Below are positions 1-8,703 of a stretch of 64,000 nt of DNA, piece after piece. The DNA lies in NCBI GenBank assembly GCA_963663475.2, contig CAXXJV010000002.1, forward strand, positions 64,001 through 128,000, given 5' to 3'. Made by a program: the position numbers and the translations under genes. Every line of letters begins with the position of its first letter. Position 1 is the first letter of the stretch. A model generated the notes under the pieces. The model ran no database searches and had not been told where the DNA came from. It worked only from the letters and a program-made list of their open reading frames with translations. The stretch is from Candidatus Cloacimonadales bacterium (lineage in GTDB: Bacteria; Cloacimonadota; Cloacimonadia; Cloacimonadales; JAFGVF01).

Positions 1-115
1 CGATAAGAATGACCATAGCTGCTATGGCTAAGAAGATTCCTATTCCATGAACAATAGAAGAAAATATCTCTTCTCCTAGTGATTGATGACCAGAAATTGG
101 ATTTTCATCGTACAT
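1..115 (-). CDS. Hemolysin III / PAQR family membrane protein, N-terminal part (runs off window start)
   Basis: Not in ORF track. Reverse strand reads MYDENPISGHQSLGEEIFSSIVHGIGIFLAIAAMVILI, matching the 'EE..NS..HG.G' HlyIII N-terminus; GAGGA RBS upstream. Confidence 0.8.
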   Translation of the reverse strand, partial: MYDENPISGHQSLGEEIFSSIVHGIGIFLAIAAMVILI

Positions 116-151
116 AAAATTTCCTCAAAATATTTGGTTTAGATGTTTTGT

Positions 152-2551
152 TTATTTTTTTAAGTATTCTAGAACTAAAGTTCTTACTAAGAAAGAAGTG
201 TCATTTTGCATTTTGCTTATTTCTTGTCTAGCTAAATGACTATCTATAGTTTTCAAAGCAGAAGCAATAACAAACCTAACTTTCTCATTTTCAGACTTAT
301 AATACTTGCTAATCAAAGGGATATATTGATCATCTTTAAAGGCTGCTAGGGCAGAAATACAGCTAGTAATATACTTGTCTGATTCGTAAAAATCAATAAT
401 TAAAGGGAGAAATTCTTCTAATTCTAAGCTAGCTACTAAGGCAATAGTATTCTTGTTGGCTAGGCTATCCTGACTTATCATAGGGTCGAGTAATCTACTT
501 TGTGAACTGCTACTATTCTCAAAAAAGTCTTTAATAGCCCTGTATTCCTTAGTGTCACGGGTGGACATCTTATGATTAATAATATATTCAACACTTTCAG
601 TCTCACGTGAGACTAGGATTTCTCTAGCCCTAGTTACTCTATTTACTACATTACCAACTTGCCATTCAGCTGCAAAAGCAAAAATATCTTCAATTGGACC
701 TAGAGAATCAATACTAGCAGGTAACTGGACAATGCTTGAGTTAGTTTCCATCTTTTCTGGTCCTAGTAAATCTATTCCTATACCCATTAATCCTTGCTCC
801 CATTCTAAAGAATCTTGCATACTTGCATGTGGATAAAAGTCTTTTCCTCCACCATCTATGAAAAGTCCTATACTTGCTGAAGAACGAGCAGCTTTACCAT
901 AACCATAATTAGAATTAGTTCCATTCTCATACCTATCATTTCCTGCCTTATCTAAAAAGATACCTACAGAATTAGTAAGACCTAAACCATTTCCTCCCTC
1001 AATCGAATAATGGTCATCACCTTGCCCATCAATTAGGATGCCAAGAGCAAAGTCATGTCCTGCTCCTTGACCTGGTCCGTGTTTTGAATAATAGCTATCC
1101 TGACCAGCTTTATCATAGAGCAAGCCTCCAGCTAAATGAATACCAGAACCTTGGGGATAATAAACAGCATTATAAAAGTCATTTCCTTCTTGGTCAAGTA
1201 AGATGCCTAATCCGTACCAATAACCTACTCCTTGGGCATAAACTCCACCTAGATACCTATCATTTCCTGATTTATCACTTAGTGTTGCAATACCGCCAGC
1301 AAAGTTAGGTCTCATACCGAAACCCATTCCTTGGCCCATAGATCTATAATCATCTGGAGCTAATGGAGCATGAAATTCATTAGTACCGCAGATATAAGTA
1401 TCGCTTCCAGCTTCATCCAAAAGGAAAGAAAAACCCCATGTGGAAGCAAAGGCTTGACCATACTGACCAGTTGAATAAATATCATCACCATTTTTGTCAA
1501 TCATGAGAGACGCCCCGAAAGCACTTGCACTCCAAGCAAAAGAATCAGCTCTGTAGACATCAGCACCTGCAAAATCAATGAATTCGTTAAAACCAAAGAT
1601 AGCTGAAATAGCTTGTTTATCTGCAGAATAATAGTCATCTCCCATTAAGTCATAGGCATAAGAAAAACCAAAATTAGCAGAGAAGAGAGAGTTCTCAGAT
1701 ATGTATCTATCATTACCTGAGGCGTCAAATAAGAAGAAATTCGCTTGATTATTGTCTAAGAAGCTATAGCTGTCATTACCAGCAGGTTCAATAATAGCTA
1801 TTGCATTATCAATAATATGTTGGTCATCATAGATTGATGCAATAATAATTTCACCTAAAGGACTTTGGTGAATTATATTCTCTTCTTGCCACATAATTTT
1901 ATCAATATTTGCATGAAGAAATTCAAACAAAGATATTATGGTAAGTTTTTCTTGGAGATAGTCTTTTCCTTCAATTACTACTGGTTGGTAAAAGATATAC
2001 CAGTTTATCTTCTTAATTATTTCTTCAAATTCTTGACTTGAAATGTCAATAGTCTCAGACTCCTCCTCCTCATCAGAGAATAATGTTTTACTAAAAGCTA
2101 GCAAGATTTCTTTTTCAGATTGATCAAGATTGGTAAACATTTGGTCAAAATGGAAGCGTTTTATGGTTAAATAACTTTCTATAAGATCAATAAGTTCATT
2201 AACCTCAATATTAGCTTTTAAGGATAAATCCGAAATATCAGGATAGCTTAAGTCTATCCTCTCATTATTAAGGAACTTATAAGCCATTTCATTAAAAAGG
2301 TCTGGTTGAGTTATCCCAGCAAGTTGGCTAGCATAATCAAGGAAAAAGTAAGGATTATTAATAGAAGAAGTAATTATTTGATTTTTTAGATAGGTCTCAT
2401 CTGACCAATCCTTTAAAAACATGAGATCTTGGGACGAAAGTTGAAGTTTGCTGAGAGCTTGTTCAACTAAGAGAGAATCTTCTTGAGTGAAGATATCAGC
2501 CCAAGTTAGACTTATAGATAGTATTAAGGCAAATATTAGTATTAATTTCAT
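152..2551 (-). CDS. Secreted protein with tandem DxxG[DN]DxY repeats and C-terminal HEAT-like repeats
   Basis: Signal peptide; about a dozen D-x-x-G-[DN]-D-x-Y units (DASGNDRY, DLMGDDYY, DKNGDDIY, DKSGNDRY, DQEGNDFY, DGQGDDHY, DKAGNDRY); helical 'EKVRFVIASAL...FLVR' tail. Confidence 0.7.
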   Translation of the reverse strand: MKLILIFALILSISLTWADIFTQEDSLLVEQALSKLQLSSQDLMFLKDWSDETYLKNQIITSSINNPYFFLDYASQLAGITQPDLFNEMAYKFLNNERIDLSYPDISDLSLKANIEVNELIDLIESYLTIKRFHFDQMFTNLDQSEKEILLAFSKTLFSDEEEESETIDISSQEFEEIIKKINWYIFYQPVVIEGKDYLQEKLTIISLFEFLHANIDKIMWQEENIIHQSPLGEIIIASIYDDQHIIDNAIAIIEPAGNDSYSFLDNNQANFFLFDASGNDRYISENSLFSANFGFSYAYDLMGDDYYSADKQAISAIFGFNEFIDFAGADVYRADSFAWSASAFGASLMIDKNGDDIYSTGQYGQAFASTWGFSFLLDEAGSDTYICGTNEFHAPLAPDDYRSMGQGMGFGMRPNFAGGIATLSDKSGNDRYLGGVYAQGVGYWYGLGILLDQEGNDFYNAVYYPQGSGIHLAGGLLYDKAGQDSYYSKHGPGQGAGHDFALGILIDGQGDDHYSIEGGNGLGLTNSVGIFLDKAGNDRYENGTNSNYGYGKAARSSASIGLFIDGGGKDFYPHASMQDSLEWEQGLMGIGIDLLGPEKMETNSSIVQLPASIDSLGPIEDIFAFAAEWQVGNVVNRVTRAREILVSRETESVEYIINHKMSTRDTKEYRAIKDFFENSSSSQSRLLDPMISQDSLANKNTIALVASLELEEFLPLIIDFYESDKYITSCISALAAFKDDQYIPLISKYYKSENEKVRFVIASALKTIDSHLARQEISKMQNDTSFLVRTLVLEYLKK

Positions 2552-2586
2552 TACTTCTCCTAATTTAGCTGTTTAACTTACTTAAA

Positions 2587-2747
2587 CCCAAATAATGCAT
2601 TAGACCTCTGTGAATAGCACAATATTCTTCTGCAAAAGTAAGATCCATAATTTCTCCGAATATATAAATATATGCGTCAAAATTCTGTAAGCTATTTTGC
2701 TAAAAGAATCTAGCTATCTTCATCAAAGTTCAAATGCACTATTCGAG
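2587..2747 (+). mobile_element. MITE family copy A (full length, 161 bp)
   Basis: TIRs CCCAAATAATGCA / TGCACTATTCGAG; core near-identical to copies at 4856, 12147, 50960; flanks TTAAA/TTTAA. Confidence 0.85.
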
Positions 2748-2822
2748 TTTAACCTAATAGAAGTGAGCTATTAAAGTAGTCAAGAAAAGATATTGACTTT
2801 TTTTTATCTATCTATGTATTAA

Positions 2823-2895
2823 CCTCAATAGTGCCGTAAGCACTTGTGAATAGAATAATCTGCACTTTTACTAAAATCCTACTAGACCACTTGGG
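2823..2895 (+). mobile_element. MITE copy B (73 bp internal-deletion derivative)
   Basis: CCTCAATAGTGC...CACTTGGG with perfect ATTAA direct repeat on both flanks. Confidence 0.75.
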
Positions 2896-2925
2896 ATTAA
2901 GGACAAATAAAATATGAAAATGAAG

Positions 2926-2950
2926 TGTAACCAAATAAGAATACAACGTT
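2926..2950 (+). promoter_or_regulatory. Possible autoregulatory ECF-type promoter
   Basis: TGTAAC-N15-CGTT just upstream of the ECF sigma gene; resembles the AAC/CGT ECF consensus, spacer slightly short. Confidence 0.4.
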
Positions 2951-2971
2951 ATAAAATGTGAGACGCAAAAT

Positions 2972-3511
2972 ATGGATGATAAAGAATTAGTATTAAAAGC
3001 TAAAAAAGATATTAATGCCTTTGATGAATTGTACAAAAAGTACTTTCCTTTGATTAACAGATTTGTTTATCATAAGGTAAGTGAAGAAGAAGTGCGTCGA
3101 GATATAGTAGCTAATGTCTTTTTTAAGGCTCTGAAAAATATATATAAGTTCAAATATATGTATAAGGGTGCTTTCTCTGGATGGCTATACCGGATAGCTA
3201 TTAATGAAGTAACTGACTACTATCGTAAGAATGGAAGAAGTAAGAAATTAGTTCAAGATGTGAAATTAAATCAGATAAGTCCTTTGAGTGAAGATATCAA
3301 AATTGAATATGATAACTTAAGGATAGCAATAAAAAAGCTAAACGATAAAGAACAAAATGTCATTATTTTACGATATTTCGAAAAAATGAGTAACCAAGAG
3401 ATTGCCCAAATACTCGGCAAGAAAGAAGGTGCTGTAAAAGTGCAAGTTCATAGAGCTATGCAAAAACTGAAAGCTATAATGATTGAATTAGAAGGAAGAA
3501 ATGATGGATAA
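2972..3511 (+). CDS. ECF RNA polymerase sigma-70 factor
   Basis: Region 2 'FSGWLYRIAINEVTDYYRK'; region 4 'LRYFEKMSNQEIAQILGKKEGAVKVQVHRA'. Confidence 0.95.
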   Translation: MDDKELVLKAKKDINAFDELYKKYFPLINRFVYHKVSEEEVRRDIVANVFFKALKNIYKFKYMYKGAFSGWLYRIAINEVTDYYRKNGRSKKLVQDVKLNQISPLSEDIKIEYDNLRIAIKKLNDKEQNVIILRYFEKMSNQEIAQILGKKEGAVKVQVHRAMQKLKAIMIELEGRNDG

Positions 3512-4049
3512 ATTTGAAGATAAACTTTTGAATTTAAAAATACCTGAGATTACTGATAAATATTTAGAGTATGAATTAAAGGAAAGACTAGAAAAGAAAT
3601 TCTTTTATAATAAGTTTAAGATTCCTTATCGAATTGCCTTTTCTTCCGCCTTAGCAATGTTCTTCTTAACTATTAGCTTTGTTATTAATCCAAACATTGC
3701 TAATAAAATTAACTATGCTATAAGGGGAGAAAATAATAAGCAAATTGTTCAAAACAAGGAAGATAATCAAGCAGAACTCTCAAATATTGCCTCTTCACAA
3801 GACTTCATTGGCTTTGAAGGACTGTCTCAAATTGCAAATGATAATGTAGCAATAGACCAAAGTAAGCTTACTAGTGTTGCAGATAATAAGGGCAATATTA
3901 AAACAATTAAATACCTTAATCCTGACGACTTTGAAGAAGGTAAAATTTATATGATAAGAAAATATAAGTCTCAAGATCAACAAGGTATAATTATGATAAA
4001 TGAAATTCAAAATCAAAATTCTGCTAAGGATGTAATCCGTAAAATGTGA
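3501..4049 (+). CDS. Putative single-TM anti-sigma factor
   Basis: Overlaps sigma gene; short cytoplasmic N-terminus, one hydrophobic helix, extracytoplasmic tail. Confidence 0.6.
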   Translation: MMDKFEDKLLNLKIPEITDKYLEYELKERLEKKFFYNKFKIPYRIAFSSALAMFFLTISFVINPNIANKINYAIRGENNKQIVQNKEDNQAELSNIASSQDFIGFEGLSQIANDNVAIDQSKLTSVADNKGNIKTIKYLNPDDFEEGKIYMIRKYKSQDQQGIIMINEIQNQNSAKDVIRKM

Positions 4050-4056
4050 GGATATT

Positions 4057-4773
4057 GTGAAAATTAAAAGATTCTCTTATTTACTCATCTTATTTGTCTT
4101 AATAGCTACTTCTATCTCTGCAGATGTGTATCTCGGACTCTACTTAACTGAAATAGATAGCGAGAAATCTAATTCTCAACAATTATCAGGGGTCTATGTT
4201 CATAATGTTATCAAAGATTCTCCAGCTGCTAAAGCAGGACTGCAAACTGGTGATATTCTTACTGCTGTTGATCAAGAAAAATTGAAGTCAATAGACCATT
4301 TTGTTGACCTTCTTGATAAATACCAAGCTGGAGATAAACTTAACTTAGCTTTCATTAGAAATAAACAAGAACTTACCAGCACCCTTATCTTAGCAGACAA
4401 AACTAAACATGAAAAATCTCTTTTCGAAAGCAAAATACAAGAACTCTTACAAGAAAGTAAAACCTTTATCTTTAGATTTGAATCTCAAGAAGATAATGTT
4501 ATCGGTGTGGAAATAGAAACAAATGATACTCAAGATAGTCTGGGTGTACTTATTACTCAAGTTATTCAAAATTCTCCAGCTGAAAAAGCTAATCTCCAAA
4601 TTGGAGACCTGATTCTGAGAGTTGATAAGAAGGATATAAGAAAAGCTTCTGACTTAGTTGATTATTTACAAAAAGTAGATGTTGGCGATAAAGTAATCCT
4701 TACTATTCTCAGGAATCAGAAGAAACTTGAAGTGCCTGTTCAAGTAGTTCAAAGAAAAACAATATTCGAGTAA
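4057..4773 (+). CDS. Secreted tandem-PDZ domain protein
   Basis: Signal peptide; two PDZ motifs 'GVYVHNVIKDSPAAKAGLQTGDIL' and 'GVLITQVIQNSPAEKANLQIGDLI'; no protease domain. Confidence 0.9.
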   Translation: MKIKRFSYLLILFVLIATSISADVYLGLYLTEIDSEKSNSQQLSGVYVHNVIKDSPAAKAGLQTGDILTAVDQEKLKSIDHFVDLLDKYQAGDKLNLAFIRNKQELTSTLILADKTKHEKSLFESKIQELLQESKTFIFRFESQEDNVIGVEIETNDTQDSLGVLITQVIQNSPAEKANLQIGDLILRVDKKDIRKASDLVDYLQKVDVGDKVILTILRNQKKLEVPVQVVQRKTIFE

Positions 4774-4855
4774 ACTTTCCTAACTCAATTTACAAATTTA
4801 GTGTTTTCTATATAGGTTATATCTAATATAATAAATTAGGCAAAACTAACATAAT

Positions 4856-5016
4856 TCCAAATAATGCAGTAGACCTTTGTGAATAACACTATATTCTTCT
4901 GCAAAAGTAAGATCCATAATTTTTCCGAATATATAAAATATATGCGTCAAAATTATGTAAGCTATTTTGCTAGAATAAACTGCACTCTTCACTAAAGCTC
5001 TACTACACTATCTAGG
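4856..5016 (+). mobile_element. MITE copy C (161 bp)
   Basis: TCCAAATAATGCA...TACACTATCTAGG; perfect ATAAT TSD. Confidence 0.85.
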
Positions 5017-5089
5017 ATAATACAATTTTATAAATACCTGCTACATAAATTCATAGTATCTATTATAGTCCTAGAGGAGGAAAAAGTAT

Positions 5090-5155
5090 TTGACAGAAAG
5101 TTAGTAACGGCTAACTTGTCATCAAATATTATAAAAAGTTAGTTATGTATAACTA
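5090..5155 (+). promoter_or_regulatory. Sigma70-type promoter overlapped by two 7-6-7 palindromic operator sites
   Basis: TTGACA at 5090; AAGTTAG-N6-CTAACTT at 5098-5117 and AAGTTAG-N6-ATAACTA at 5136-5155. Confidence 0.7.
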
Positions 5156-5169
5156 ATCGAGGAGATATT

Positions 5170-6186
5170 ATGAAAAAGGTAATTTTAATATTTACCATTA
5201 TTGCTACTTTTGTTGTTATTAATGCTCAGCTAAGCCTTCCTCAAGTGCATGCTGGATTAATGTTAGACTTTAATAATTACAGTGGAGATAATGCAAACAC
5301 TGGATTTTACAACACTTCTAATCGCTTTCAAGTGAGAAAAGCAGCTGTAACTATTACAGGAAATGCTGGAGATTATGTTGATTATGCAATTGAAACAGGA
5401 ATCTGTTCTTGTGTTGGAGCTGGTACAGGCTTGCAGTTACTGGAAGCTGAAATTGATTATCATATAAATGATAATATCAGTTTAGGGCTTAGACAAGGCC
5501 ATGTTCTAAGAGGCTTTGCTGGTTCAACTGATTGTCTAGCTAGAATTCCTTTAGAAAGACCAGTTTTTGCTTTAGCAATGACAAACTGCCATCCAACAGG
5601 ATTTGTTGCTAATTTCCATTATGATCTACCATTTAATTCTGATATTGAGTTTGAAAGTGCTTTTATGAATGGGGGAGGAAGTAATACTTTAGATGGGGAA
5701 AAGGATTATAATTTCGGAACTATTATCAATACTCCTATTACTGGTTTAGCTCTAACAGGAGCCTATAATCTAATTTCCAAAGAATACTATATCGATGATA
5801 GAATGCAAAGTAAAGATGGACATCGCCTTATCGGAGGTATGAAATATGATTTTGCTGATTTTAATATTACAGGTGAATATTATTCTGGTAAGGGATTTGA
5901 AAGCAAAGATACAGAAAATGATGCTTACTATCTATTAGCTTCTTATAGAATTTCTGCAGATTTAGCAAGGATTGATTATATTCAGCCATATGTTAGATAT
6001 TCTTATTGGGATAAAGCTGCTCAGCTAACAAGTGGAATGGAGTATGATTATCTTGATGCAGGCTTAATAATCTCTTTAGATGCTTATACTAAGCTTAAGT
6101 TCAATTATAACAAGAATCTATCTCATCCAGATGCTTTATCGGAAGAAGCTGCAAGCTTCATTGCCAGAATTCAGCTTAGTATATAG
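5170..6186 (+). CDS. Outer-membrane porin, phosphate-selective porin O/P-like fold, Cys-containing
   Basis: Signal peptide, 'FQVRKAAVTITG', 'LLEAEIDY', alternating beta-strands, C-terminal 'ARIQLSI'. Confidence 0.7.
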   Translation: MKKVILIFTIIATFVVINAQLSLPQVHAGLMLDFNNYSGDNANTGFYNTSNRFQVRKAAVTITGNAGDYVDYAIETGICSCVGAGTGLQLLEAEIDYHINDNISLGLRQGHVLRGFAGSTDCLARIPLERPVFALAMTNCHPTGFVANFHYDLPFNSDIEFESAFMNGGGSNTLDGEKDYNFGTIINTPITGLALTGAYNLISKEYYIDDRMQSKDGHRLIGGMKYDFADFNITGEYYSGKGFESKDTENDAYYLLASYRISADLARIDYIQPYVRYSYWDKAAQLTSGMEYDYLDAGLIISLDAYTKLKFNYNKNLSHPDALSEEAASFIARIQLSI

Positions 6187-6196
6187 GAGGGAAAAA

Positions 6197-7075
6197 ATGA
6201 AGAATATTATTATTATAACATTTTTAGTCTTTGTTTTATCTTTATCAGCTGAAAGTATAAGCCTTTATCCTGTAAGTGATAATTATACAGATGTAGAGCA
6301 TGTAGGAAGTGATAATGTATTAACCGAATTATGGACAGCTAATTTTGTACCTGCAGGAAACTATCAGCGGATTAATCTTGATTTCGATATCAGTCCATAT
6401 TTGCAAAGTGGTTTTCAAAGTGGGCAGCTTAATTTAACCCGTTTCTTCTCTTGTCCGTCAAGTGGTACAACAATGATAAAAATCTACCCAATAACTCAAG
6501 TTTGGGATGAGACAAGTTGTGATATCCATCAACATCTTGATTATGAAGAAAGTATATATACTCAATATCATTTAACAGGAACTCCAGGTTCTAGTATAAA
6601 ACACTTTTCTCTTGATGTTACAGACATACTAGATGAAGTAATAAGCAGTAATATTGAATTTCATGGTTTCTTGATAAAGGCAAATGAAAATCAGAAATTT
6701 TCTAAGTTCTATTCAAAAGAGTATTCAAATGTGGATTATAGGCCTAGTTTAGACATCGTTTATTCTGGTGTGAGTAATGATATTAATCAAATCTCTCCAT
6801 CTGAACTTAAGCTTACTGTTTTCCCTAATCCATTTAATCCTACAACAAGCATAGAATTTTCTAATCCTCACTCTTTAGCTAGTCAAATTTCAATTTATAA
6901 TATTAGGGGTAGATTAGTAAAGAGAACAAGTTTGGCAGGAAGTAAGGGAAGTAAAAGTAGTTTTACTTGGAATGCTAGGAATGATAATAATGAAGAAGTG
7001 GCTTCGGGATTATACTTTTGCAGGGTGCAAGTTGGTAAGCAAGAAGAAATCAAGAAAATTATCTTACAAAAGTAG
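6197..7075 (+). CDS. Secreted DNRLRE-like domain protein with FlgD/T9SS-A-like C-terminal domain
   Basis: Start moved to ATG 6197 after GGAGG RBS; signal peptide; 'WDE', 'DVT', 'HGFLIK', 'FYSKE...RPSL'; 'FPNPFNPTTSI...SGLYF' CTD. Confidence 0.75.
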   Translation: MKNIIIITFLVFVLSLSAESISLYPVSDNYTDVEHVGSDNVLTELWTANFVPAGNYQRINLDFDISPYLQSGFQSGQLNLTRFFSCPSSGTTMIKIYPITQVWDETSCDIHQHLDYEESIYTQYHLTGTPGSSIKHFSLDVTDILDEVISSNIEFHGFLIKANENQKFSKFYSKEYSNVDYRPSLDIVYSGVSNDINQISPSELKLTVFPNPFNPTTSIEFSNPHSLASQISIYNIRGRLVKRTSLAGSKGSKSSFTWNARNDNNEEVASGLYFCRVQVGKQEEIKKIILQK

Positions 7076-7084
7076 GGGATAGAG

Positions 7085-7564
7085 ATGAAGACTTTTCTTT
7101 TTACCATACTTCTAATCATAAGTGGAGTAAACTTACATTCTCAGTCTAACAATTCTCAGCTATTAAGAGAATATTTAGCAAGCAAGTCTGATTTTCTTAG
7201 TTATGAAATAATAGAGTCTGATGATGAAGTTTACGCCACAATAATGACAAGCGATAAACAAGAAGTTTATGTATTTATTAGTAATGAATCAGAGGAGCTT
7301 AGAGGTTATCAAGGATATAATAAATTAATAGTTCAAGTTGATCATCAGCAACAAATCAAGAAGCTAGAGCTTATTAAAAGTGGAGATACAGCTTCTTTTG
7401 TGAGAAGGGTAAAAGCTAGTGATTTTCTCCAACAATTTGTGAAGTGGACAAAGGGTAAGGAAATCAGATCAGTTACTGGTGCGACCTTAACTTGCAAGTC
7501 TATAGAAGCGACCTTAGCAAATATGATTTCGAGGATTCAGGCTATTCAGTCAGATATGAATTAA
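7085..7564 (+). CDS. Secreted FMN-binding (flavinylated) domain protein
   Basis: Signal peptide; 'RGYQG', 'SVTGATLT' = [S/T]GA[S/T] ApbE flavinylation motif. Confidence 0.8.
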   Translation: MKTFLFTILLIISGVNLHSQSNNSQLLREYLASKSDFLSYEIIESDDEVYATIMTSDKQEVYVFISNESEELRGYQGYNKLIVQVDHQQQIKKLELIKSGDTASFVRRVKASDFLQQFVKWTKGKEIRSVTGATLTCKSIEATLANMISRIQAIQSDMN

Positions 7565-7624
7565 TTTATTCATTCTTAAGCAAGATAGTATTTATGTAAG
7601 CCATACACATATCCTAAAAAAAGT

Positions 7625-7655
7625 GAGGGTAGAGTTATTCCTACCCTCCATTTTT
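7625..7655. terminator. Likely bidirectional intrinsic terminator
   Basis: GAGGGTAG...CTACCCTC stem between convergent genes, A-run before and T-run after. Confidence 0.7.
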
Positions 7656-7659
7656 ACCA

Positions 7660-8157
7660 TTAATATTTAAAACTATTTTCTCCAACATTTATTTTAGAAT
7701 TAATCTTCTCTTTATTATAAAGTTTTCTAACTTCGATAAGGTTGAGCACATCATAATCATTAGAGGCCAAGAATTTTATCATCTTATGGTTATTAGGATG
7801 AACATTAATAAAAGCAGTTTCTTTGCCAAGGTCATTTGCTCTTTGATTGGCTATACTTAGCAATTGTCTAGCATATTTATTTCTTCTTGCTTCCTCAAGG
7901 ACAAATAATTGTTCAAGCCAGACAGTCTTATCAAAAACTCTTAAAATACAATAAGCTATTGCCTTATCAGCTTTATCAGCTAAATATACTTCATATTCAG
8001 AGGTAAAGTAGTCTGAAAGTTCCTCTTTAGCATCATCTCTACTATATGTAAGTTTTCTCTCCTTGAGGAGAGCTAACTCATGTCTAAAACAATAAAGTAA
8101 GCTTGCCAGGTCATCTAGTCTAGCTTCTTTACAAGTAATTTTATTAATTTTAAGCAT
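7660..8157 (-). CDS. GNAT family N-acetyltransferase
   Basis: 'LEQLFVLEEARRNKYARQLL', 'VHPNNHKMIKFL' GNAT motifs A/B. Confidence 0.85.
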   Translation of the reverse strand: MLKINKITCKEARLDDLASLLYCFRHELALLKERKLTYSRDDAKEELSDYFTSEYEVYLADKADKAIAYCILRVFDKTVWLEQLFVLEEARRNKYARQLLSIANQRANDLGKETAFINVHPNNHKMIKFLASNDYDVLNLIEVRKLYNKEKINSKINVGENSFKY

Positions 8158-8402
8158 ATTCCCACCTTATTTAATTCAATTATTAGTATTTTAGCAAGTA
8201 TGTAAAGAAAAAAAAGAAATTGAGATTTTTTTATTGACATTTTAGCTAAAGTAATTAAATTAAGAATATGATTCGAAACAAAAGGAGAAATCTGCTTGTT
8301 TGGAATAAGAATTAGAGATTATAAATCCTGAGATTAAGGTAAATACTAAATTCAAGGGATGGAGAATCAAGAGTAGATTAATTATAGGATAATTATATAT
8401 AC

Positions 8403-8430
8403 ACTCCGTCCTGAAGGCGGAGTTTTTTTT
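8403..8430 (+). terminator. Terminator-like hairpin that also sequesters the RBS of the next gene
   Basis: ACTCCGTC-CTGAA-GGCGGAGT followed by a T run and immediately ATG 8431. Confidence 0.7.
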
Positions 8431-8679
8431 ATGGAAAAAAAGGTAAGAACAGTAACAATAACAGTTCATGATAGAGAGAAATCTTTTCAACAAGTTTCAA
8501 CAATTCTCCATGATTTAGCAGATAGTATTATGTTACGGGTAGGCTATCCTATGCCTGATCAGAATATATCTATCATTTTTATTATAATCAAGTTAACAAA
8601 TGATGAACTAGGTGCTTTCACTGGCAAGTTAGGGCAAATCCCATCTGTTAATGTAAAATCAACAAGTTTAAAAATTTAA
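8431..8679 (+). CDS. TM1266 family iron-only hydrogenase system putative regulator (ACT-like)
   Basis: 82 aa; 'RVGYPM', 'FTGKLGQIPSVNVKS'; directly upstream of hydG. Confidence 0.8.
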   Translation: MEKKVRTVTITVHDREKSFQQVSTILHDLADSIMLRVGYPMPDQNISIIFIIIKLTNDELGAFTGKLGQIPSVNVKSTSLKI

Positions 8680-8703
8680 AAAAAAGATAAATAGAGGTAA
8701 AAA

